From Alphaproteobacteria bacterium (GTDB lineage Bacteria; Pseudomonadota; Alphaproteobacteria; JAAXGF01): a DNA stretch of 64,000 bases. Each line of letters opens with the position of its first letter. The first letter of the stretch is position 1. Where the stretch lies: assembly GCA_963555825.3 (NCBI GenBank), contig CAUVXB020000002.1, forward strand, positions 544,001 through 608,000, given 5' to 3'. Under the pieces are notes generated by a model. It was not told the origin of the DNA and did no database searches. It saw only the letters and a program-made list of their open reading frames with translations. The translations under genes and the position numbers were made by a program. Positions 45,463 to 56,572 of this stretch are shown piece after piece.

Positions 45463-47106
45463 ACCCGCATTTCCCAAGTATCGTCGATATTCAGTGCGGC
45501 GAGAAGGCGATTCTGCTATAAGAATCATGAAGTTGTAGCATACATGGAGCGGCGGATATGGCACACCCGATGGGTGAATCGAAACCGGGGTGCCTTCGGG
45601 TCGTTTTTGACCGTCGATTGAAGCTTGAATTCCACGGTTCCAAGATCACCTCTGATGCCGGGTTGCTCGCCTACCGGGAGCTTGACGATGCCCTCGGCCT
45701 GACTGAGATGGCCGAGGGTGTTTTCCAGGATAGCCGTACCGGCAAGAACGGATGGCACGGCATGACGGGTCAGTTTCGCCAGTCCGTTTTCGGGCGCCTT
45801 GGCGGCTATGACGATGTGAACGACGCCGACCGTCTGGGACGCGATCCCGCCATGCGCTGGATTGTTGGCGGCAAGGCCATCGAAAGACAGGCCGCTTCCA
45901 CCAGCCAGATGGGACGCTTCGAGACGGAGCTATTGGCCACCGACGAGAACGTTGAAGCCTTGGTCGACATGAACGGGGTGTGGATCGACAAGGTTCATGA
46001 CCGCCATCCGCCGAAGATGATCATTCTCGACATGGACAGCAGCGTCAGCCCGACCCATGGCGAACAAGAGGGAACAGCGTACAATGGTCACTTCGGCTGT
46101 ACCTGCTAGCATCCGCTATTCCTGTTCAACCAGTTCGGCGACTTGGAGAGATGTTCCCTGCGCCCCGGTAATGTTCACAGTGCCGACGGATGGCGGAATG
46201 TTCTGGAGCCGGTGGTGATGCGCTATAAGGAAAGGAAGGTGCGGCTGTATTTTCGTGGCGATGCCGCCTTCGCCTCACCGGAGATATACGAATATCTCGA
46301 AGCCGAGGGATTACTCTACGTCATCCGCCTCAAAGCGAACGCGATTCTCCAGCGGAACATTGCCCATCTGCTTACGCGACCTGTCGGTCGCCCGCCCGAC
46401 CATGTTCGCCGTTTCCACGCCAGCTTCAGCTATCAGGCCGGATCGTGGAACAAGAAGCGCCGTGTCGTGGCCAAAGTGGAGTGGCACCCCGGCGAGCTGG
46501 TTCCTCGCGTCGGTTTCATCGTCACTAATCTGTCGCGCCCTACCAAGCGGGTGGTGGCGTTCTATAATCACCGTGGCACGGCGGAGCAGCACATCAAGGA
46601 AGGCAAGAACGCCATCAACTGGACCCGTCTGTCATGTCGCAAGTTCCGCAACAATGCCGTTCGGCTCCAGCTTCACGCCCTGGCCTACAATCTGGGCAAC
46701 TTCATGAGGACACTGGCTTTGCCGAAGGAGGTGGAGCACTGGTCGATGACGACGTTGCGCGACAAGCTGGTGAAGATCGGGGCCAAGGTTGTCCGACATG
46801 GCCGCTACGTTACGTTCCAATTGGCTGAGGTGGCGGTGCCGAGGGACCTGTTCCGGAAAATCCTGAGCTTGATTGATGATCTGCGACGAAGACCCGCTCC
46901 GGCGTAGGCCGAGGGAATCGACGGCGAGGAGAAAGCGACAGGAGAGGTGTGTCTGGATGGCGAGAAAAATGACCGAGTGGCCTTCCAAGCGCGGGCCGAT
47001 TACCAAAATCATGCCATCGGATGGCTGCATAGGGGATACAGTTCCCTTGGCGGTGGGAAAGTGGTACGATTTCCACGAATTTGGATGGTATATGGGGAAT
47101 GTCGGT
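45463..47106 (+). mobile_element. IS1380-family element
   Basis: Imperfect IRs ACCCGCATTTCCC / GGGGAATGTCGGT; 4-bp duplication CTAA. Confidence 0.82.
45570..46907 (+). pseudogene. IS1380 transposase with in-frame TAG at 46107-46109
   Basis: ITSDAGLL, LDMDSS, RGDAAF and RGTAEQHIKEGK motifs; CTC-stop-HPLF where Tyr is expected. Confidence 0.88.
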
Positions 47107-47477
47107 CTAAGTGACATACCCTTCGAGCTCAAGACGGATGAGACGATGTGCGGGAATGGCGGCTGTGGGTCTACCATCGAATTTCGTGAGGAATAGGCTG
47201 TTGTTGCGCAGTGGGGATGTGCGAGAACTCGCGGCGGCGAGTTATCCACATATCCAGTGCGGCGGCAGTGATTTTCCTGGAATCGCAGGTGGCTTGTGCG
47301 GTGAACGGCGGTTAGCCTGACGCCGACGGGGGTGTGGCTGTTTGGGTCAGTGGTCCGGCTTGCCGGGCTCACTCAAGTTTGAATTGCCGCCCCCGTCACC
47401 TGCATCATCCGACGGGTCGACCGGGATGGTGCCGATCGCTGGCGATCGTGGCTCTGCAGGTAGACGAGACCGAAGGA

Positions 47478-48852
47478 GAGCTATAACCGAATCTTGTGTA
47501 CGGCGTTGAAATGAAGGCGGCGTATCCTGGTGATTGTTGATGTCACCACTTGAGCTAAGCCAAGGAAGGATACGCCATGAAAGAGAATACCGTTGTTGCT
47601 TTTCAAAACCCATCTGATTTTCAGAAAGATCCGTTGACGGAAGTCCTACAAGCTGGAGCTCGCGAGTTGTTGGCCCAAGCCGTTGAGGCCGAGGTCTCCG
47701 TGTTTTTGGGTAGCCATGCGGCGCTTGTTGACGCCGCCGGCCGCCGCCGGGTTGTCCGCAATGGATATCTGCCGGAACGCTTCATCCAGACCGGGATCGG
47801 CCCGGTGAGCGTGCGCCAACCCCGTGTGCGGGACCGGGGGGACGGCGCCATCCGCTTCACGTCGGCGATCCTGCCGCGCTATCTGCGCCGCGCCAAGAGC
47901 CTGGAAGACCTTTTGCCATGGCTGTATCTGAAGGGCATTTCCACCGGCGACTTCGGGGAAGCCTTGGCGGCGCTCCTGGGGAGCTCCGCGCCGGGGCTTT
48001 CGGCCTCCACGATCACCCGGCTGAAAGAGGTCTGGGGGGTTGAGGCGGAGCGCTGGCAACGGCGCGACCTCACGGCCAAGCGCTACGTCTATTTCTGGGT
48101 GGACGGCATCTATTTCAGCGCCCGCATGGAGGAAGAGAAGCAGTGCATCCTGGTGATCGTCGGGGCCACGGACAAGGGACAGAAGGAACTGATCGCCATC
48201 GCCGACGGCTATCGCGAAAGTGAGCAGTCCTGGCTCGAAGTTCTGCTCGATCTCAAGCGGCGCGGCCTTGAAATGGGTCCGCAACTGGCGCTCGGCGACG
48301 GCGCGCTCGGCTTCTGGAAGGCGCTCCGCCAAGTCTACCCAGGCGCCCGCGAGCAACGCTGCTGGGTTCACAAGACGGGCAACGTCTTGAACAAGCTGCC
48401 CAAGGGTCTGCAAAAGAAAGCCAAGGGGCGCCTGCAAGACATCTGGATGGCCGAAACCAGGAAGGATGCCGAGAGCGCCTTCGACTTCTTCCTGGAAGCC
48501 TACGGGCCGAAGTACGACAAGGCCGCGGCCTGCCTGGCCAAGGACCGCGACGTCCTGCTGACGTTCTACGACTTCCCCGCCGAGCACTGGAAGCATGTAC
48601 GCACGACCAACCCCATCGAGAGCACGTTCGCCACGGTTCGTCTGCGCACCTACCGGACCAAGGGCTGCCTGTCGCGCAAGACGGCGATGGCCATGGTCTT
48701 CAAACTATGCCAGTGCGCTCAGAGAAAATGGAGAAAACTCGATGGATCGAACCATCTCGCCGAGATCATTCGCGGCGTCAAATTCGTAGATGGAGAACGC
48801 CAGGATCGCGCCGCCGCATGATCAGCCCATACACAACTTTTGACAATAGCTC
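47478..48852 (+). mobile_element. IS256-family copy 2, intact
   Basis: 9-bp duplication ACCGAAGGA (47469-47477 and 48853-48861). Confidence 0.95.
47577..48821 (+). CDS. IS256 transposase
   Basis: Translation identical to 31072-32316. Confidence 0.95.
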   Translation: MKENTVVAFQNPSDFQKDPLTEVLQAGARELLAQAVEAEVSVFLGSHAALVDAAGRRRVVRNGYLPERFIQTGIGPVSVRQPRVRDRGDGAIRFTSAILPRYLRRAKSLEDLLPWLYLKGISTGDFGEALAALLGSSAPGLSASTITRLKEVWGVEAERWQRRDLTAKRYVYFWVDGIYFSARMEEEKQCILVIVGATDKGQKELIAIADGYRESEQSWLEVLLDLKRRGLEMGPQLALGDGALGFWKALRQVYPGAREQRCWVHKTGNVLNKLPKGLQKKAKGRLQDIWMAETRKDAESAFDFFLEAYGPKYDKAAACLAKDRDVLLTFYDFPAEHWKHVRTTNPIESTFATVRLRTYRTKGCLSRKTAMAMVFKLCQCAQRKWRKLDGSNHLAEIIRGVKFVDGERQDRAAA

Positions 48853-48896
48853 ACCGAAGGATGATCCGAGGGTCTTGTTTGCTGAAGGAGCGATCC

Positions 48897-49076
48897 ATGC
48901 TGAACCCCCAAGCTTTGCAACTGCGTGTCGGTGTCGATGTCGGCTCGCAGTGCCACTCTGTTGCCGTCGGTCTCACGGACGGCAGTCTGCTCGAGGAATT
49001 CGAGATCCCGCATACGGCAGCGGGTTTCGAGTATTTCTTTGCCCGCATCGAGGGGCACGCCAAGCGCCATCCCTAA
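48897..49076 (+). pseudogene. IS110 transposase N-terminal remnant
   Basis: VGVDVGSQCHSVAV RuvC-like first Asp motif; stops after 59 aa. Confidence 0.7.
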
Positions 49077-49215
49077 CCCGCTTCCCTACCGCGACCCTTC
49101 GCCTTGCGGAATGAAATAGAGCGCGGGTCGCTGACCGCGCTGCGGGAGAAGTTGGTATCTGTGTCCTCGACTTGTGCTATATCAATCAGCCGAAATACGT
49201 TTTCCTGGAGCCCGT

Positions 49216-50610
49216 ATGCGCATCCCTGGAGCCGATAAGGCTATCGACAATCTCATTAAATGGTCCGCGAACGAGGAGTGGAACCCTTTTCGTGAGCAGG
49301 TATTCGCGGAGCATTTTGACATGATCTTCGACCGCTTCGACACCACCAAGGAGGAAATCGCCGACCTTCTAGGCGATTCATTTGGCATGGTGTTCGGGTG
49401 CGTCCTCGAGGACTTCTTTACCGCCAGATTTGGCGACAAGGGCGATAACATCATTGATGACTACCTGAAGCGACGGGGGTGGCGGGAGAAAATCTCGGCA
49501 AAACGTTACCTGGAGGCCATCAGGGACTCTGTTTTGTCGCTCTACGAGGTCGTTGACCTAGATCCGGGACACAGTATGACGGTCAGGGATTTGGTATTGG
49601 GGGGCGATACTATCACTGTAGAGGAAAAGCTTGGGTCGGAAACGGCCGCGCGGTGGGACCGGATTGCTGGACGGATCGTGACGGTCAACAAGAAGGTCTA
49701 TTTCACCGGCTCCTTGCTGCTGTTCCCGCACGAGGTGGCGGATGAGATTCTTTCCGGCATCGAGGAGATGGTCAAGAGTATCAAGAAGAAGCTCCAGAGG
49801 GAGGCCAAGAAGCAGGGAGAACCAGCGGATTTCAAGGACAGAGACCTGCGGGAGATGTTTCTTCACGCGAGCGCCCGCCTATTCACCCGGACTTGGCTGA
49901 TTGATGTTCTGGATCGAGCCTCAGAACCTTTACCCGAGATCCGCAATACCGATGGCGATGAGATCGTGTTCTCAGAAGCCCGGTTTCCAATCACCGGCGA
50001 ACTTGCCAGTGTCATCGTCGGCCTCGACGCAATCAACGAGTTCGAAAGGGACGACCCCGACGAATTGCAATGGACTTGGCATGGACATGGTTCACCATCC
50101 AAGAGGGTGTCGCGAGGAAAGGGCCACACCTTCAAGGCGGACGATGATGCCGGTCGAACCATACTGGGCAACATCGAGATCGGTGAGGACGCACTAGTCC
50201 TGAGCACGAATTCGAAGGAACGCGCCGATAAGGGCCGGGACCTATTGCTTTCTCGCCTTGATGGGTTGGTTGGCCAGCCTCTGACCTCACATCAGACCCC
50301 GGAGAAAATGCTTGATGAGCGATCCGGTTCCGCTCCTGTGCAGTCCGAACTGCCTCCCGAAGTGGCAGAGCAAGTCATCCATTCCTATTTGGAAACCCAT
50401 TATCGGCAGGCCCTCGATGACCCGCTGCCTTATCTCGACGGCAAAACACCTCGACAAGCCGCAAAGACCAAAAAGGGCAGAGCGCAAGTGATAAATTGGC
50501 TCAAGAAACTGGAAAACTCGGAAGCCAGGCGCGCTGCTAGTGAAGGGCAAGAGCCCTATAACTTCCAGTGGATGTGGCGGGAGATGAAGATCGACGATGC
50601 TCGTCGCTAA
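49216..50610 (+). CDS. Hypothetical protein with a C-terminal Xre/MbcA/ParS-antitoxin-like (DUF2384) motif
   Basis: Long ORF; SLYEV and LDDPLPYLDGKTPRQAA motifs. Confidence 0.65.
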   Translation: MRIPGADKAIDNLIKWSANEEWNPFREQVFAEHFDMIFDRFDTTKEEIADLLGDSFGMVFGCVLEDFFTARFGDKGDNIIDDYLKRRGWREKISAKRYLEAIRDSVLSLYEVVDLDPGHSMTVRDLVLGGDTITVEEKLGSETAARWDRIAGRIVTVNKKVYFTGSLLLFPHEVADEILSGIEEMVKSIKKKLQREAKKQGEPADFKDRDLREMFLHASARLFTRTWLIDVLDRASEPLPEIRNTDGDEIVFSEARFPITGELASVIVGLDAINEFERDDPDELQWTWHGHGSPSKRVSRGKGHTFKADDDAGRTILGNIEIGEDALVLSTNSKERADKGRDLLLSRLDGLVGQPLTSHQTPEKMLDERSGSAPVQSELPPEVAEQVIHSYLETHYRQALDDPLPYLDGKTPRQAAKTKKGRAQVINWLKKLENSEARRAASEGQEPYNFQWMWREMKIDDARR

Positions 50611-50726
50611 GAAAGTAAAACCGTGATCGAAAGCAGAGCCCTAGCAGGAAATCCGGCATAGGCTTTGAATGTCTCTCGTTGGGGGATAAGCGGAAGTTCA
50701 AGGCACGGCCCCAAAGAGTCCGCTTA

Positions 50727-50897
50727 TAATGGGGTGGACGGCCCCACACGGCATCTAGGTGCCAGAAGTGGTAGCTGTTGACTGACCACTTACAAAGGAG
50801 CCGTCCTATGACCGAAGTTAGCACGATTGGGCTTGATCTTGCGAAGAACGTTTTCCAGGTTCACGGGGTCGATGTCTCAGGCGAGACCGTGATCCGC
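50727..50897 (+). mobile_element. IS1111-type left end plus truncated transposase start (ATG 50808)
   Basis: TAATGGGGTGGACGGCCCC end; MTEVSTIGLDLAKNVFQVHGVD. Confidence 0.8.
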
Positions 50898-50945
50898 CCT
50901 AAAGAGTGTCTTAAGTCTCGGTCTGTAGCGCCAAGCGCGAGGCTG

Positions 50946-53900
50946 CTACATGCCCATGCTTCGTCCCCGGGATCTTTTGTGGGTCTGGCGTTCTTCTTCC
51001 TCGGCCGTTTCGCGCGTTTTGGAGTGGCGCTCAACATAGTCGTCGAATTCCTTTTGTGCCGCCTTGCGTTCTTCCCCCGTTGCGTTGTACGCGGCTGACT
51101 GGAGCCGGCTGAACTCGCGAGCGTCCCTTTGTGCGCGGCGCTGGCTTTCCTCGTGCGTCTCCTGCGGTGCGGATTGTTCGCTATGGCGCTCCCGTTCAGC
51201 GGCCTCCGATATCTGCCTGTCGTCCCTGGCCATCAGCCTGCCGATATCGGTGAGCGCCCAGCGCATGCGCTCCAGGCCGAGCGGGATGCCGTTGAGATGA
51301 CTGCCGTAGATAACATGGCCATCCATGATACGCCGGCCGGTCTCGGCCAGCCTGTCGATGTCCGTCCGCCACCTGTCATAGCCGGTGAGACCGGTAACCG
51401 GTCTGTTTAAATCGATCGCGACGGTTTCCAGCACCTCGCTACGATATTCCAGCCGGTCCTTGACCGCAGCGAGATAATCCTCGATTTCACGCCGGGTTTT
51501 GGTCCCTTTGTCGAGTTGGGCGAGCACGTTCCCGAGCGACCGGCGTGGGCGGTCTTCAAGGGCCGGGTTTTTGGCCAACGCTTCCATGCGGGCTCGGAGC
51601 TGTTTGTAGCCTTTCACATATATGGCATGAACACCGGCCCGTTCCGCGGCCGCGAGGTGACGGCTCCAGTCATGTCTCAATACCGAATAGGTATCCCAGG
51701 CGATCTGCTCTTCCGTGTGTGTGGACGGTTCCTTCACGGACGGGGCTGGCGCCACGGGTGAAGGTTGTACATCCGGATCTCGTTCGGTTGGCATGGCAAC
51801 CGTTTCAATCGGTGGAGGGGCATGTGCTGGGTTACGCGGCCTGTCACCGTCAGGCCCTGCAGGCTGGATGCGCCCGTCCGGCACGGTGACTGCCGGTTCA
51901 ACGGCTCCGACGCCAAGCGGCAGCACTCCCTGGCGCCTCTTGGGCTCGATCCCCTGTTGTTCGGCCTCCCGCTTGATCCGATGCACGTAGCGCATCGTGG
52001 ACGCCCGCCGGTGGCGTCGCGCCCGTGTATGGAGATCCTCGAAAGCATCGAGGTCCTTGCGCCCGATGCCGCCGCGCTGGGCCAACAGGGAGGCGAAGTC
52101 GCCGGGCCGGGCGCGGAAGATCTCGGCCTGTTTCAGCAGCACGGCGTGCCGGGTGAGGGTTTCCTGGAAAGCCCCGCTGAGCGCGACGGAGTCGCCCTCG
52201 GCGCGAGTCCGTTCGCGGAGATCGTCGTACGCCGCCAGAACTTGCCCGCGGCCGTCTACGAACGAAGCCACCGCCTGGGCATGACGCCAGCCGAAGGCGG
52301 TGCGCCGGATATCCCGTGCGATGCGAGCCAGCGCGTTGTCGTTCGCCGCCGGACGGGCTTCCAGCGGTTCTCCCCGGGTTTCTCGGATTGACCGGGAATT
52401 GTCCTCCCGGACATTCTCCCGCCGGTCTTCCCATTTGCCCTCGGCCATGTAGTCGAGCGCGGCCTCCTTCGGTTGCGACCGCGACCAGCGTTCAGCCAGA
52501 TACGCCCGGATCTCGGTGTCCGTTACCGCCACTTCCCGGTCGTTGTCCGCTCGCCTGTCGGCGATATCGAGAGCGAGCGGGGCGCGATTGACATAGATGT
52601 CGAGCCCCTCGCGATGGCGTGTCGCGGCGGGATAGATCGTCTCACGCGCGGGCCTTGCATCGGCCAGCAGGAACGTGCGGTCCACGGTCAACCCCTGGGC
52701 CGAGGTGATGGTGAGCGCATAGCCGTGATCGAGGCGGATATTGCTGTACCAGTCGCGGATCTCGTCGTGATGGAACGAGACGGACCGCCCATCCTCGGTA
52801 CGCGCCGATATCAGGACACTCGGCTCCGTACCGGCCTCACCCCTCTCAACCTTGAAGTCGTCCACCGTGACCACGGTGCCGTTGAACAGCTGCTTCTCCC
52901 AGTGGGTGGCGCCGATACGCAGCCTGTCGCCGCGCGCGATCTCGAGCGGCGAAGCCGTCCGTTCGTCTTCCATCCCCCGGCTTACGATCACCGTCACCCG
53001 ATCCGTATCGAGCCGTTCCCCATCCGGCAGGGCGGCGAACCGGCGTTCCCGCATCAGATGCGAAAGAGCCCGCACCTCGGCCCGTGTGCGCGCCAGCACC
53101 ACGCTGGACTTGTCGGGGTTCGCCCGCTGGTAGCGATCCCAGTCATCAACCAAGCCGGTCAACGTCTTTTCTTCATCATATCCGATATGGAACCGGCCTC
53201 TTGCGTGATGAGCCGCGATGGCCGATACCGCATCGCCATCGCGCAAGGCCTCCGACGCGGCAACCTGCCACGGCGTGAACTGGGGCTTCTCAGCCATGGC
53301 CTCGTAGTCGCCAAGAATTTTGGCGCGTTCTTGCTCTCCCATCAATTCCGCGCGGAACCGCGCTGCCTCCGGCGTCTCGCCATGGACATGAACCAGGATA
53401 TCCTCCGGGTCCGCTTTCTGGCGCCGTATGCGGTCCACCCGCACGCTGCCAACGGCGTCGCGGATCAACCTCAACCCCGGTCCCGCTTCCACCGGTTGTT
53501 GCTGCTGTGTGTCGCCCGCGAAGACGATCTTCGCTCCATGGCGTTCGGAGAGTTGGAGAATGTGATGCGCCTGGCGGGTCGACAGCATCCCCGCTTCGTC
53601 GACGATAATGGTGGTATCCTTGTTAATCTCGATCCCACCCCGAGCGGCAAGGCGCAGCAGCTTGTCGACACAGAACGGCCGCGCATCGACATCGTTGCCA
53701 AGCGCCACGGCCGTGCGCCAGGCCACGGCCGTGGCGATAATGCTCTGCCCGTGTTCGCGATAGAGATCGGCAATGGGCCTGAGCGTCGTGGTTTTGCCCG
53801 AGCCTGCCGCTCCTTCGATGATGGCGACCCGGCCCTCGGATGAGGTGACCGAGCGGATCGCCGCGATCTGTTCCTCGCTCAGCGGATAACCCGCCTTCAG

Positions 53901-55213
53901 CAACCCCGCCACCTTTGCCCCGATGGCCTGGGCGGACAAGGAATGGCCCGTATCGGCGGCCATGCCTTCCGCCATATCCCTGACTTCCTGCTCCATCCGC
54001 AGGTTGTGACGGGTCGAATACAGCCTCGTGTGCGCCATATCGGCCCGACCCTCGGCCGAACGCGGCGGGCGGGTCAGGCGCACCACCTCGGGGCTTAGAA
54101 GCACGCGTTCGATACTTGTCGCCACCGCGTCCCGGTTCAACAAGCCGGCGGTGGCGTTGCCCACCCGCTCGACGATATCCGGCAGGCGGAATACCGCTTC
54201 CTCGCGTGTAAGACGGTACGGCAGGTCTTCCAGGACTTCTGTCAGCGCCCGGATCTGCTCTTGGGTAATCTCTTCCGACTTGCCCAATAGCGAGGCAATT
54301 AGTGCCTCGCGTTCGACATATCCCTCCGCCTCGCCGCGCCAGCGCTGATGCCGGATCTCCGGATCGTTGTCCGGCGACTTGCCAGCCCGTGTGATCTTGT
54401 TCGCTGCTGCTGCACGCGGTGCGTTGCCCTCGACCGTAAAGCCCATCTCCCGGGCCGCTTCGATAATCGCCGCCCGGCGCTTCGACCAGTGTCCGATCAG
54501 GTGCTCGGGCATGCCTGTGATACGCGTGAACTCTCCATCCTTGCCGTACTGTTCCATGCGGATGCCGAGACGATCTTGCAGGCTCCAGGCGAGTGTATTG
54601 CGGTAAACCGCCCCCGCCGCCTTCATCCAGGTGTAGACCGGGTGCTGATGCAGCGCCCGGTACTTGCCGTCCCGGTGTGTCCGGGCGGCATTGAAGATCA
54701 CGCAGTGGGTATGCAGCTGGGGGTCGTTATCCCGGCTGGTGCCGTGCTGGAACATCGCTGCCGCGATATCGGCCGGCAGCACCTCGATATCGCCGTCCCG
54801 GTTACGGATACGGGTGTAGGCGCAATGGCGCAGCACCGTCTCTTCCAGCGCTACGCGAGCCGCATCGTTATGCGCGTCTCGATCTTTGAACGTAGCTCGG
54901 GATCGGCGATGGCCCACAAGGCCGAGACGCTCTTGTCGGCGCTGAAGGTCAGGTCGAGACCGGCCGAACGGCGCTCGCTGCCGGCATTCCGCGTTAGCTT
55001 GCCTCCGCCGTTCGGGGCGAAGCCGTGATACAGCCGGTGGAAGTCGCTGCTGTCGACCTTGCCGCCGTCGACAAGACCGAACAGGCCGTTGGGGTTGAAC
55101 CACACTCCGTCCGGCTCTTCTCCCGCCGTGTAATACTCGTTGGGATGGCGGAAGGAGCGCTGGCTCTCCAGGTAGTACGCGGCAGACGCCGCCTGGGCGA
55201 GTGTCGCTACCAC
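50946..55213 (-). pseudogene. mobF: MOBF (TrwC-type) relaxase-RecD-like helicase, left arm, 1-bp frameshift at ~54876
   Basis: AAYY/EYY, DLTFSADKSVS, HGTSRDNDPQLHTH, GAAGSGKTT and DEAGM motifs; N-terminal 120 aa out of frame. Confidence 0.88.
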
Positions 55214-55409
55214 GATGAGCTCCGCAAGGCAGGGGGAATGACCGCGGCGACGGAGCCAAGCGCCGCCTTCCGGCCCGGGGCCGGGACGGCGTCCATGACT
55301 ACTGGAGCGGAAATCCTCATAAGCGTCCGATCGTTACCCGGGTTTCCCAAGCAAATCGTCCCTCGTTGACCGATACTCGGCCACAGTCTCCCTGGGACAG
55401 CGCACTTCA

Positions 55410-55530
55410 GTGCAGAGGTGTGAGAAGTAACAAACGCCATTTCTCTCTCGTTCGCGACCGAGCATACGCATATCGTTCAAGGTTGCAAGGGATTTTTTGA
55501 CACGCCGCAGGGACGGCGCGCAGGTTTGGC
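55410..55530. other. Candidate oriT (left arm)
   Basis: Non-coding, conserved between arms, upstream of the relaxase; GAGGTGTGAG resembles the F nic GGGGTGT^GG. Confidence 0.4.
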
Positions 55531-55800
55531 AAACGCTGGATTTTCACGCTGTTGCATTCGGGGGAGGTTAGGCAAGCGCACGGACCATCATGGCTGGTGT
55601 TTCGGATTGCCAAGGTTCTCATTCCTCAGAACGGTGACCGGATAGCCGGCGAATGCATCTGGGCCTGATTACGAATCCTAATCGAGGGCGACGACAACGC
55701 TTCCCAGACCCTGGCGGCGGCGAGGCAAACCTCGAGGCGGTGGATGTGGCGCCGACGGTCGGCCGAATGTGTGACCGATAATGGCGGAGGGAGACGGAAT

Positions 55801-56103
55801 ATGACTGCGAAACGCTTCAACAAAGCGGATATCGACTTCGATGCCATAGATGGTGAATTGGCGAAACTTGTGCCGCCTAAGCTGAGCCTGACGGATGTGC
55901 TGGACCGTTTACGGAAGCGGCTGGTTGAGCAACAGTCCAAGGGGGTTACGGTGGCTCAGATGCATGAAGTGTTGAAATCGGGCGGCATCGATATCACGGA
56001 GCGCAGTCTGCGGACGTTTCTGACCAAGGGCGTATTGCCGGGAAGGAAGGTTGCCGAGGCCGCCAGGGCCATGGTGTCGGAAGAAGGCAAAGAGCCGTTC
56101 TGA
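55801..56103 (+). CDS. Small hypothetical protein, probable relaxosome accessory/DNA-binding protein
   Basis: GGAG RBS; divergent from the relaxase across the candidate oriT; paralog in the right arm. Confidence 0.65.
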   Translation: MTAKRFNKADIDFDAIDGELAKLVPPKLSLTDVLDRLRKRLVEQQSKGVTVAQMHEVLKSGGIDITERSLRTFLTKGVLPGRKVAEAARAMVSEEGKEPF

Positions 56104-56572
56104 GCCGAATGACGGCGCATATGGGTTCGTCGTGGCGGTTTTCGGGATGCGAATAATGAAGTTGCAATGGGGGATGGCCGGGCCCCAGCGTGGCGCTTCA
56201 GCGCCCGCATACGGCGATGGCGCGAAGTGGCCGAGCCGATAGGCGGCGATGCATCATTCGAAGAACGAGGAGCCGACAGCGAGCGTAAGCTCGCACAATT
56301 GGCGGTGGCGCGAAGCGCCCCGCCATGGGCCGTGACTTTATGCACACGGCATAAAAAAGGGGCCGACCTCCGCTGTGTGATGGCGGGGGCCGACCCTGAA
56401 GGGTGTCGCTACGCGGCGGCGAGAATAATGCCGAGTAGTTGCTAATGCCGAGTGACGTGCGGGGAACGGCTTGTCCGCGCCGATTTCCCACCGATTCGCT
56501 CGGCATTAATTCTGGTAGTCAGTTTTCCGGCAAAGTCGTCCTCCCTTTCGATCAGATGGAGGACGACAACAA

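Noticed and set aside
46107-46109. TAG in IS1380 transposase as recoding (pyrrolysine or readthrough)
   Set aside because: It replaces an expected Tyr codon by one substitution, and TAG is used as a normal stop elsewhere in the window, so it is a simple nonsense change.
54880-55259. N-terminus of the 1437-aa ORF (MAPSPRSF...)
   Set aside because: Wrong frame. The true relaxase N-terminus is the 54851-55213 ORF, as shown by the right-arm paralog.
55407-55622. 71-aa ORF mirrored at 60905-61114
   Set aside because: Conservation is explained by DNA-level duplication of the oriT/promoter region; no RBS or protein motif seen.
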